Source of the DNA: Octopus sinensis
Taxonomy: Eukaryota
Reading direction: 5' to 3'
Assembly (NCBI RefSeq): GCF_006345805.1
Contig: NW_021825206.1
Coordinates: forward strand, 1 to 16,146
DNA length: 16,146 bases
A model generated the notes under the pieces. It made no database searches. It was not told the DNA's origin and saw nothing but the letters and a program-made list of their open reading frames with translations. Position numbers and translations under genes: made by a program. Below, in pieces: positions 1 to 8,773 of this stretch. Position 1 is the stretch's first letter. Every line of letters starts with the position of its first letter.

Positions 1-120
1 TGACTTCAAATGCCGACGAGGTCGATAAAGTTTAAGTTCCACTTAAATAATGTAATCACTATGGCTGACTAGCGTTTCTTACCCTCAAGTTTTCTTTGCC
101 TTGGCGAAATTTGCCATTTG

Positions 121-207
121 TCGTCGTCGTCATCACCACCACCAACACCACCACCACCATCATCATCATCATCAGCAGCAGCAGCATAGCAGCAGCACCA
201 CCATCAT
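121..207. repeat. Compound trinucleotide microsatellite (TCG/CAC/CAT/CAG)
   Basis: Direct reading: tcgtcgtcg, caccaccac, catcatcat, cagcagcag blocks; explains the poly-His/Gln ORF 101..304. Confidence 0.95.
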
Positions 208-449
208 CTCAACGATTCTGCTCCTGTTGCCCCCCCCTGTCGGCTCTATCACTCGTGCACTAGTCGAAAGTATCGGTCATATGATAAGTGTTCCTCAAGC
301 ATAAAAAGTACAGTGAAACTGACACGTCTCGAGCTATTCGACTTATCTTCTCTTTTCTCATTAATTTATTCATCTTTTGCTACGCTTCTTCATCGCTGTT
401 GAAGTTCATGTAAGCGACACAAAAAAAACAGCATTATTTTACAAATTTC

Positions 450-761
450 TTGTTTGTTTGTTGTTTGTTTTCTCTCGAGCCACGCCTGGCCCTAGGGACC
501 GGTTTCCCGGTTTCCTTGGTGTATAGGTTCCCCACCTGGACGGACACCGATCAGTCGCAGGTGAGCTGCAAGATGCAGAGGAAAGAGTGAGAGAAAGTTG
601 TGGCGAAAGGATCACAGAAGTTCGCCATTACCTTCCGCCGGAGCCGCGTGGAGCTTAGGTGTTCCTCATAACCACAACACACATCGCCCGTCTGAGATTC
701 GAAACCGCGATCCCTCGACCGCGAGGTCCGCTGCTCTAATCACTGGGCCATGTGCCTCCAC
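450..761 (-). mobile_element. tRNA-derived SINE, family A, tail type 1
   Basis: Reverse complement begins GTGGAGGCACATGGCCCAGTGATTAGAGCAGCGG...GGTTTCGAATC (A-box and B-box-like), ends in an (AAAC)n tail at 450-470; colinear with the + copy at 12381-12670. Confidence 0.9.
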
Positions 762-1269
762 AACTTAACGTTATATAAATCAATCGACACACAAGAAGAT
801 TTCACACAAGCGCGCACGCGAACATTTGATTGCGAATTTAGATGTAAATCAGATAAACCGCAGCTTAGGGCTTCTTTGTCTGCAGAGGGCCTTAAAATAG
901 TTTTAAAAAAACAAACATTGTTCCAAAATCTTTTGAGACCCTAGTATGTAATACTAAATATGACACTACATTCAACTATTTTCATTGAATATCACCATTC
1001 ACACACATAAACACATTGGCATTCATAAACTCATTCAGAGTAATTTAGAGAAGATATAGAGGAAGAAATACTCCTAATTGATATCTTATATAATTAACGC
1101 TTCAATAAATATTTCTTAGCTTCAAAGTGAGGAAATATTATATATTTTTCACAACAACATTGCTGATTAGCTGCTGTTGAACATTCCTCATAAAATCTTG
1201 TTCAATAAAATAATATTCGTATTATAATCGTTTGTGTGTTGGAAAAATTCTAAGCAGTGTACCTGCGAC

Positions 1270-1392
1270 TTTTTACGTTTTGAGTTCATAATACCACATG
1301 AAATAAAGCATCTGTTTTGTACTGGGTTCGATGTAATCTATTAATCTCATCCTCTCAAAATTTCTGGCCTTGTGCCAAAATTAGAAAGAACC
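1270..1392 (+). mobile_element. Decayed fragment of SINE family C
   Basis: TACGTTTTGAGTTCA...AAATAA...GTACTGGGTTCGATGTAATC...AAATTTCTGGCCTTGTG aligns by eye with 13317-13520 and 9545-9667. Confidence 0.6.
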
Positions 1393-1959
1393 ATTGTTAT
1401 TATTATTAAAATTATTGTTGTTGTTGATGTTGCTGCTGCTGAGGATCATCATCATTTAGTTGTTATGGTTATTTCTGTTATTTCCTGTCACTTCCGGTCA
1501 CTTCTGAAAAAACAGTGAACCTATGATAAAAATACTTCAGCCGTATAGATCAAATCTTTTCCTTGACATGTTGTAACTCGGGCTATTACCTGATGTCTGT
1601 TATTAAGGATGACTTGCTGCTATTTCTTGCATGTCAGGCTACATAGTGGCTGTCTTGATGGCTCATCCATCAGGGAGGCTTACTTTGCCTATCATTTCGT
1701 CTCGGGTCAACAAAAAATAAAGGACCAGTAATGTGCTGATATCGATGCTTTCGACTAACAACACCCCCAACTCAAAATGGCCTTTGGCCTCTATCAAAAC
1801 CATATTCTTATCATTGTTACTGTTGCTGCTGCAGTGTAATTCCTAGATTCCTAGGTTATTCTATAGCCAATACACTGATTTATCCACTTATAATCCACTT
1901 GTTACAGGAAATTGAACTGAAAGCGGGCAACTAACCTTTGAAAATTTAAATTTCGTTAT

Positions 1960-2018
1960 CTCTATATTGAATCAATTCGGAATTAATCCTATAAAGGATA
2001 TATTCTTCTTCAGTAGAG
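1960..2018 (-). ncRNA. Hammerhead ribozyme motif, type I, core-defective antisense twin of 2503-2563
   Basis: Minus strand reads CUCUA CUGAAGA [helix II] GAA UUG AUU CAA UA UAGAG; GAAA is reduced to GAA by a 1-nt deletion. Confidence 0.7.
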
Positions 2019-2502
2019 CTTACGAGGGAACATAAATAAAATACTCAAATTCCTTGGTCAGTCTCAGAACAACGTGTTGACCTATCGCCGCTACATATTA
2101 ATGGTTACCGGTCCCTTTGGTTACCGGTTCCCTTAACAATGGATTATAAGTGGATAAATCAGTGTATTGGCTATAGAATAACCTTCTTTAGCCCTTAATT
2201 ATAAGATGTTTATACTTCAACCGTATGGTTTTTTTAATATACTGCCACGCTTTTTGATGGACTCCTTTTCTGTGTAAGAAAGGGACTTCATCCTATATTG
2301 TTAGTAGTAAACTCACTGCTTGTTACAAGGGGACCGGTAACCATCACAATATGTAGCGGCGATAGGTCAACACGTTGTTCTGAGACTGACCAAGGAATTT
2401 TTATTTTTTAGATATAAATGATGTACTTAAATGTAGTTGTGTTTTTAGCTTCTGCTTTTTCCATGATCACATGTGAGTATTTTATTTATGTTCCCTCGTA
2501 AG

Positions 2503-2563
2503 CTCTACTGAAGAAGAATATATCCTTTATAGGGATTAATTCCGAAATTGATTCAATATAGAG
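2503..2563 (+). ncRNA. Hammerhead ribozyme motif, type I
   Basis: Helix I CUCUA(2503-2507)/UAGAG(2559-2563); CUGAAGA 2508-2514; helix II 2515-2543 (long hairpin, A.C at base, 2x2 internal loop); GAAA 2544-2547; helix III AUUG/CAAU with AUU loop; AUA cleavage triplet, predicted cut 2558/2559. Confidence 0.85.
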
Positions 2564-2582
2564 ATAACGAAATTTAAATTGA

Positions 2583-2702
2583 CAGGACTGGAGGTACGTG
2601 AAATAAAGCGTTTTGCTCAAGGGCAACAAAGCGCCGCCGGAAATCGAACACACGGCCTTACGATCGTGAATCGAATACCCTAACTACTGAGCCATGCGTC
2701 TT
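2583..2702 (-). mobile_element. tRNA-derived SINE 5' portion (family D), 3'-truncated
   Basis: Reverse complement GCATGGCTCAGTAGTTAGGG...GTGTTCGATTTCC (A and B boxes) followed by TTGCCCTTGAGCAAAACGCTTTATTTCAC, a CORE-like segment. Confidence 0.75.
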
Positions 2703-2911
2703 ACACACACACATACAAACACGCACACACACACACACACAGTTATATATAATATAATTATAAATAAGGGCAAAAAGAAACATTTTCTTTGCTAATATGC
2801 TGAAAAATAGACACTAAATCGTCTAACCATATAAAATATTTTCCTGTATATTATTACAACACGTTCGAAACGAGGAAGGCAAGCTAACAGAAATTCATAA
2901 AAATATAGTTA

Positions 2912-2973
2912 TCCCCGAATTGGTTTCGATTCCTGGATTAATCCAAAAAGGCTTCTTACCTCAACAGTGAGGG
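2912..2973 (-). ncRNA. Hammerhead homolog, decayed (antisense twin of 3094-3155)
   Basis: Minus strand: CCCUCA CUGUUGA...UCCA GGAA UCGAAACCAA UU CGGGGA; both core segments are substituted (CUGAUGA>CUGUUGA, GAAA>GGAA) and helix III is disrupted. Confidence 0.65.
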
Positions 2974-3093
2974 ACACAAAATGAAAATGCATGAATTCTA
3001 TTTGGATATATTTGGGATACTGAAATGTATACATGACTTTGCCACTGTTTTCCGCGGATATGTCAAAATACTTCATTTTATTTCATTTTCTGT

Positions 3094-3155
3094 CCCTCGC
3101 TGATGAAGGAAGAATCCTTTTGGGATTAATCCAGAAATCGGAACCGATTTGGGGG
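3094..3155 (+). ncRNA. Hammerhead ribozyme motif, type I
   Basis: Helix I CCCUCG(3094-3099)/UGGGGG(3150-3155) with two G.U; CUGAUGA 3100-3106; helix II 3107-3133 (GGA/UCC plus AAUCCU/GGGAUU, A.A at base); GAAA 3134-3137; helix III AUCGG/CCGAU with AA loop; AUU triplet, predicted cut 3149/3150. Confidence 0.8.
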
Positions 3156-3339
3156 TAACCATTTTTATGAATTTCTGTTAGCTTGGTTTCCACATTTCGA
3201 TACGTGGTATAATAATGTAGTTAGAGGACTGAGCGTCTATTTTTCAGCATATTGACAAAGAAATATTTTTCTTTTTGTTCTTATTTATAATTGTATTTAA
3301 AATTTTCACCTTAAAATGTATTTTTCATATATATATATT

Positions 3340-3450
3340 AGTGATCACTTCAAACACCTTGATGCTGACTGGATGTTTAATCTTTAGTACTCTCGGGAGA
3401 TGTTTTAGGGACACGGCAAGCCAAGAGTTGTTCTCTGTGTTCACCATCTG
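3340..3450 (-). pseudogene. Tc1/mariner transposase fragment (maT/DD37D-like), region just after the first catalytic Asp
   Basis: Manual translation of the - strand: QMVNTENNSWLAVSLKHLPRVLKIKHPVSIKVFEVIT, resembling the Tc1/maT-type pattern 'DQ..N.QN.RW....K.P...MV.G.I' (recalled, not database-checked). No TIRs seen. Confidence 0.6.
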
Positions 3451-3615
3451 TTCGTATTCGAAATTCTGGTCCGAATGCCAAGCAGTAAAGCATGTGGTTT
3501 CCAAATTTTTGGCTGAGTGAATTGCATCATGGTGCTCTTTTTCTAACAGACGGTGCCCAACTGAACTTACTATACAGTGTAGTCGACAAAATCAAAAGCA
3601 AATAATGGATGTAAG

Positions 3616-3659
3616 AATATCTGAAGAAGGAATTTTATTCTGAAATATCATATCAGACT
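3616..3659 (+). ncRNA. Hammerhead-like motif, type I, weak helix I
   Basis: CUGAAGA 3621-3627; helix II GGAAU-UUU-AUUCU; GAAA 3642-3645; helix III AUA/UAU with UCA loop; AUC triplet (C3654); helix I AAUAU/AGACU only 3 of 5 pairs. Confidence 0.5.
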
Positions 3660-3840
3660 ATGGATGACTAAATTACAACAGGTATATATATAGCCCATTG
3701 TCTATATTAAAGTGCATTGTTGTACCATTCAAAACTTTTTGTTCTTTACAAACAATACACAATGCTTCAAGCGAACTTCAATACTCTCCTATATATGTGT
3801 GTATGCGTATGTGTGTGTGTGTGTGTGTGAGTGTGTGTAT

Positions 3841-4095
3841 CGTCGGCGATTTTCTTTCCTCTGTCTTCCCTTCCTTGGATCTTTCCTTTTTCTATGTTTC
3901 TGACGAGAGCTCCGCTTGAAACGTTAAATCCTCCTTCTTTCTGCCTTTCCTGAGCGTCCAATAACACTATACTTCTTCCCGTCCTCGCGTTGTGTTTTCT
4001 CTTTGTGTTTCATGTTTGGATAACTATATATGTATATATATATATATACTTTATTAAAGCAGCAGAAAATTCAACAAAACCTGTTACTCTGAGTT
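3841..4095 (+). mobile_element. Probable Penelope-like pseudo-LTR / non-autonomous fragment
   Basis: Pyrimidine-rich segment carrying a minimal type I hammerhead with palindromic helix III, the motif class known from Penelope-like element pLTRs; no RT or GIY-YIG ORF seen. Confidence 0.45.
3896..3929 (+). ncRNA. Minimal hammerhead motif (dimer-type, palindromic helix III)
   Basis: GUUU CUGACGA GAGC-UCC-GCUU GAAA CG UU AAAU: helix I GUUU/AAAU, helix II GAGC/GCUU, loop-less palindromic ACGU helix III, GUU triplet (cut 3925/3926). Confidence 0.65.
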
Positions 4096-4196
4096 AATGC
4101 GGGAACTTTTTAGCACCCGCTTGTGTGTGTGTGTGTGTGTGTGTATGTGTGTGTGAGTTTGTGTGTGTGTGAGTGCGTGTGTGTGTATATATGTAT

Positions 4197-4610
4197 ACTC
4201 TTTACTCTTTTACTCTTTTACCCTTTTACTTGTTTCAGTCATTTGACTGCGGCATTGCTGGAGCACCGCCTTTAGTCGACCAAATCGACCCCGGGACTTA
4301 TTCTTTGTAAGCCCAGTACTTATTCTATCGGTCTCTTTTGCCGAACCGCTAAGTGACGGGGACGTAATCACACCAGCATCGGTTGTCAAGCAATGCTAGG
4401 GGGACAAACGCAGACACACACACACACACACACATATACATATATACGACAGGCTTCTTTCAGTTTCCGTCTACCAAATCCACTCACAAGGCATTGATCG
4501 GCCCGGGGCTATAGCAGAAGACACTTGCCCAAGATGCCACGCAGTAGGACTGAACCTGGAACCATGTGGTTGGTTAGCAAGCTACTTACCACACAGCCAC
4601 TCCTGCGCCT
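4197..4610 (-). mobile_element. Full-length tRNA-derived SINE, family B
   Basis: Reverse complement AGGCGCAGGAGTGGCTGTGTGGTAAG...GGTTCAGTCC...CTTGGGCAAGTGTCTTC, internal (CA)n, (GTAAAAGA)n tail; colinear with 8774-9187 and 9678-10055; flanked by ATATATGTAT at 4187-4196 and 4611-4620 (possible TSD, low complexity). Confidence 0.92.
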
Positions 4611-4814
4611 ATATATGTATGTATGTATATTTAAACTTTTGTGTTGCGACTATGGCATCCTTCTTCTTATATTTTCTTAGCCTCGATTATATAATCAATC
4701 TTTAATTTGCGACATCACCAGCAACAACAGGACAATAGAGTGATCACCCCAAGATATCTGTATAGTAATCACTTATAAATAAGCGATTTTCTACGTGGTT
4801 ACCCAACTTTCTAG

Positions 4815-5260
4815 AAACAGCAACCAAATTCTCTTGAACGACATGTTGCTATAATCTTACCAAATAGTTAGTGCATGAAATAGAGGCGCATATGTTGACT
4901 GAAAATTCAATGAAATGGGCATGGATGGAACTTGTTCATAGATTTGTTTGATCAGTACTGTCCAAGGGCTAAACAATAATAACTACAACAGCTGGATGTC
5001 ATGAACATCACATCCCACAACGACATGGCCAACATTCCCAGAACATCATAACTATGATGATCACAGCGTACAGTCACCCAACGTTGTTGAAATAACAGTC
5101 AAATCTCCCTCAAATAACACCCTGTCGTCTTAAAAGCGGAAGGACATGCTAGGAAATATAAGCCTACGATATATATGATGGTTAGGACTAGAAAGTTTTT
5201 GATGATGAGTTTGGTCGGCCAACGTTGACTTGGGGCTAAATAACAGCAGCAACAACAACA
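4815..5260 (+). repeat. Two decayed tandem copies of a retroposon-like 3' end
   Basis: ~4815-4990 and ~5090-5260 both start with AACAGC/TCAAAT(T)CTC-like sequence and end ...GGGCTAAA(C/T)AA followed by AAC-type repeats. Confidence 0.4.
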
Positions 5261-5371
5261 AGACCGAAACCCTACTATTATAATTAATCATCACAACAAC
5301 AACAACAACAAAAGAAACAGCATTACGAACAGAAATCAAACACCACCGTAACCCCCACAGCCACCAACACT

Positions 5372-5456
5372 ACCACCACCACCACCACCACCACCGCCGC
5401 CGCCGCCGCCGCCGCCGCCGCTGCCATCATCATCATCATCATCATCATCGTCGTCG

Positions 5457-5509
<53 letters not shown>
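5372..5509. repeat. Compound trinucleotide microsatellite (ACC)n(GCC)n(ATC)n(GTC)n(ATC)n
   Basis: Direct reading. Confidence 0.97.
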
Positions 5510-5761
5510 GATAGTTAGAAGAACAAAAACAGCGTTATTACTAACACTTCGAAATACTCACCTTTACTCCTCCTACGACACCTTCGCCAACGCCACTCCT
5601 CCCTAACTCTTCCCCTCTTCCTCCCCGTCCTTTTCCCCTTCCTCCACCTCCACATTTTCGATTTTCCAAAGCCACCCTCAATCAAACCAGCCAGCTAGCT
5701 ATCCACCCACTCGCTCCACGAAGAGGTCCTATGTAATTAAAAGACTCTGTGGATACACATG

Positions 5762-5908
5762 CGCACATACTTGAACACACCACACACACACACGCACACG
5801 CGCAGACACACACTCACACACACATATATACATATGCATACGTATATAATGTATATGAATATATCATACATAGGTGTACATGTATATTTATATATATGTA
5901 TATATATG

Positions 5909-5947
<39 letters not shown>

Positions 5948-6283
5948 GTCTGTGAGTGTGTGTATGTGTGTGTGTGTGTGTGTGTACGTGTGTGGGTGCG
6001 TACGTATTGGTACAGACAGACAGAAAAGCAGTGAGAGAGAGAAGGAGGGAGGGAGGGACGGAGGGAGGGAGAGAGGAAGTGAAAAGGGAAAGTAGTTTGG
6101 CAGTGTAAAATGTACAAAAATAGTTTGTGCTAGTATGCATGGATGTACTATGCATTTATGCATATATGCATTTGTATGTGTATATATATGTGCACATATA
6201 CATATGCATATATAGATAGATACATACATACATAATATACATATATATATATATAAATATTATATATACATACGATATATAAA

Positions 6284-6314
<31 letters not shown>

Positions 6315-6450
6315 CATACAAATATGCATATGTATATACATATAGGAATGCATATAATAATACTATATATGTATATATATGTATATATAATATATATATA
6401 ATATTATATATAGATATATAATACACATGCATGTTTATATATAATATTAT

Positions 6451-6482
<32 letters not shown>

Positions 6483-6511
6483 CCTTATCCATCACTGCGC
6501 AATAAAATTAC

Positions 6512-6542
<31 letters not shown>

Positions 6543-6567
6543 CTTGTGCGGTGTGTGTATGTTTGCG

Positions 6568-6622
<55 letters not shown>
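5762..6622. repeat. Mosaic CA/TA/TG/GGGA simple repeats
   Basis: Direct reading; source of the Y/I/H/T/V/C low-complexity ORFs. Confidence 0.95.
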
Positions 6623-6624
<2 letters not shown>

Positions 6625-6724
6625 CCAGTAGTTTTTTTACACAGTCCAACCGCACATCACCCGCAGGCCCCCGCCATCACCGGTGTTATTTATGGTTTAT
6701 TTAGAATTGCTCTATAACTCATCG

Positions 6725-6977
6725 AGATCATCATCATCTTCATTTTATCATCATCATAACCGCCACAATCGCCATCATCTTCAACCTCATCCCCGTCGTT
6801 CTGACCATCGCTTCCAAGACCTCAGCTATTGCCTCATCATGACCACCACCACCATTACCACCACCACCACCACCACCAATACCACCATCTCACAATCACC
6901 ATCATCCTCAACATATCCTCGTCATCCTGACCACTATTTACTCCATTGCTATATCATCATCATCATTCATCACCACC

Positions 6978-7011
<34 letters not shown>

Positions 7012-7020
7012 TCATCATTT
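6725..7020. repeat. CAT/CAC-rich trinucleotide low-complexity tract
   Basis: Direct reading. Confidence 0.9.
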
Positions 7021-7140
7021 ATTACTTCTTTTACAAGAGGTAGTGTTAGTTGTTATTGGTATTACTTTTCAGTGTTTTTGATTTTATTTAACTGTTTCTG
7101 TTTGTTTTCTTTTTTTTTGTCTTCGTGTTTCTTTAAAATA

Positions 7141-7217
7141 TAACAACAACAGCAACAACAATAACAATAATAATAATAACAACAACAACAATAACAACAA
7201 CAACAACAATAATAATA

Positions 7218-7280
<63 letters not shown>
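7141..7280. repeat. (AAC)n/(AAT)n compound microsatellite
   Basis: Direct reading. Confidence 0.95.
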
Positions 7281-7282
<2 letters not shown>

Positions 7283-7384
7283 CAATAGTAATAAAAAATA
7301 ACAACAGGTAATGGTGACTGTTGCTCTCAACTGGCTGAAGATAATAATAGTTCAACTGGCGAAATAAATTAAAGATGACGTGGA

Positions 7385-7445
7385 TTTGTTGGTTGTGGTT
7401 GGTTTGTTGGTTGATTGGTTGGCTGGCTGGCTGGTTGGTTTGTTG
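7385..7445. repeat. GGTT/GTTG/GGCT tetranucleotide repeat
   Basis: Direct reading. Confidence 0.8.
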
Positions 7446-7695
7446 GAAAGACGGCTGGCTGTGATTGGCTTGTTGTGTTGAAGGGAATGGATGAATAACT
7501 GAACGGAAAAGGTGCAGGGATGACTGTTTCGATGGACTCCTGTTTGTATAGCTGTATAAGGGATGGCCGGATATATGGGGATAGTTGTTTTGTTTTTATT
7601 ATTTTCCCTTTTATGTATTTCTCTCATCCGGCAGCCATTTTGTTCCATACTTTCTTTTATACCCCAAACCTTCCGAACGTCCATTTCCATTATGT

Positions 7696-7770
7696 TTCTT
7701 CTTCTTCTTCTTCTTCTTCTTCTTCTTCTTCTTCTTCTTCTTCTTCTTCTTCTTCTTCTTCTTCTTCTTC
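7696..7770. repeat. Pure (TTC)n microsatellite, about 25 units
   Basis: Direct reading. Confidence 0.97.
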
Positions 7771-8419
7771 TTTCATCTTTATCACCTTTTTTCTTCATCT
7801 TCAGTTCTCTTCCTTCATTTTTCCCCTCCCTCTTCTTTCTGCTTCATGATGTTACAAAATTTTGCCTCGTATTACAATGCACATAAATTCAGAGACTGCC
7901 GGATTACAGGTACGTATAAAAGAGAAACAAAATCAAGAACAACAGCCAATAAAAACAAAATAAGGTTAACAAAAAAAAATGGCCCACATTGCCACAAATG
8001 TTGCCGAGTCACCGAAGATGGTGTCTTTAAATTCACATTTGCAGCATTCCTGCGGTTAAAATGTCAGTTAAATTCCCATACAGAGGCTTCAGATTTATAA
8101 AGAAGTCTTACAGAAACTTTTGATTTTTTCATGTTTCTTCCATAAAAAAAACTTTTCAAATGATACGTGTAAATCATTTTAATTAATCAACCGATGATAT
8201 GCAAGCAATAATATGATTATAAATACCAATCTTCGTGTTTAGATTTGGTTTGCAAGATTCTTCATGTGAGTTCGTGTGATGAAGCATATTTTGTTGTGTC
8301 TGGAGAGAGTCATTCTCTTTTTGTGCCTTATTATTTAACACACTCACCGTAGGCAAATTGATATGAATGTAAACAGGTAGATATACATACGGATGGGTAC
8401 ATAGGTAATATGGACAGAC

Positions 8420-8636
8420 AAGCACACATACACACATGCAAACACACACACACACACACATGCAAACACACACACAAACACACACACATGCAAACACACA
8501 CACACACACATAAAACACGAACACACAAAAACATGAACATGCAGAATACATACATACAAACGTACACACATACATACATATATACATACGCACACACATA
8601 CACATATACATGCATACACACACATGCATACATACA

Positions 8637-8667
<31 letters not shown>

Positions 8668-8760
8668 GTACATACGTACATACATACATACATACAAACA
8701 TATGTATGCGCACACACATGTGCACAAACAAACAAAATGAACGCAACTCGGAAACATACA
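8420..8760. repeat. (CA)n/(TACA)n simple repeats
   Basis: Direct reading. Confidence 0.95.
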
Positions 8761-8773
8761 TAAAGATATATAT

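Larger units (their letters stand above)
1853..2580. repeat. Interleaved inverted repeats (A/A', B/B', C/C') of one hammerhead-bearing element
   Basis: A 1853-1904 is the reverse complement of A' 2134-2184 (one indel); B 1943-2047 of B' 2474-2580 (two 1-nt indels); C 2047-2116 of C' ~2328-2400 (near-identical). Confidence 0.95.
2751..3297. repeat. Foldback element with ~230-bp diverged inverted arms, each containing a hammerhead homolog
   Basis: Left arm ~2751-2989 and right arm ~3073-3297 are reverse-complement homologs, e.g. AAGCTAACAGAAATTCATAAAAAT / ATTTTTATGAATTTCTGTTAGCTT and AATATGCTGAAAAATAGAC / GTCTATTTTTCAGCATATT; identity roughly 75-80% by eye; ~80-nt spacer; no clear TSD. Confidence 0.92.

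Noticed and set aside
2935-3132. GGATTAATCC palindromes (K50 homeodomain-like TAATCC sites) at 2935-2944 and 3123-3132
   Set aside because: Explained as part of hammerhead helix II within the foldback arms.
1853-3297. CRISPR array or MITE TIR interpretation of the inverted repeats
   Set aside because: No regularly spaced direct repeats; no short conserved TIR plus TSD, and the arms contain hammerhead motifs, pointing to a retroelement-type origin.
4081-4096. Minus-strand hairpin ACUC-A-GAGU-A resembling hammerhead helix III plus GUA site
   Set aside because: CUGAnGA and helix II are absent; at most a truncated remnant.
7335-7372. CTGAAGA...GAAA spaced like a hammerhead
   Set aside because: No helix II or helix I pairing can be drawn.
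7798-7804. Minus-strand CUGAAGA
   Set aside because: Followed by purine-rich low-complexity sequence with no structure.
7845-8100. Non-repetitive tail of ORF 7585..8100 with a possible splice donor CAG|GTACGT near 7909
   Set aside because: No recognisable domain or partner exon; cannot be supported without transcript data.
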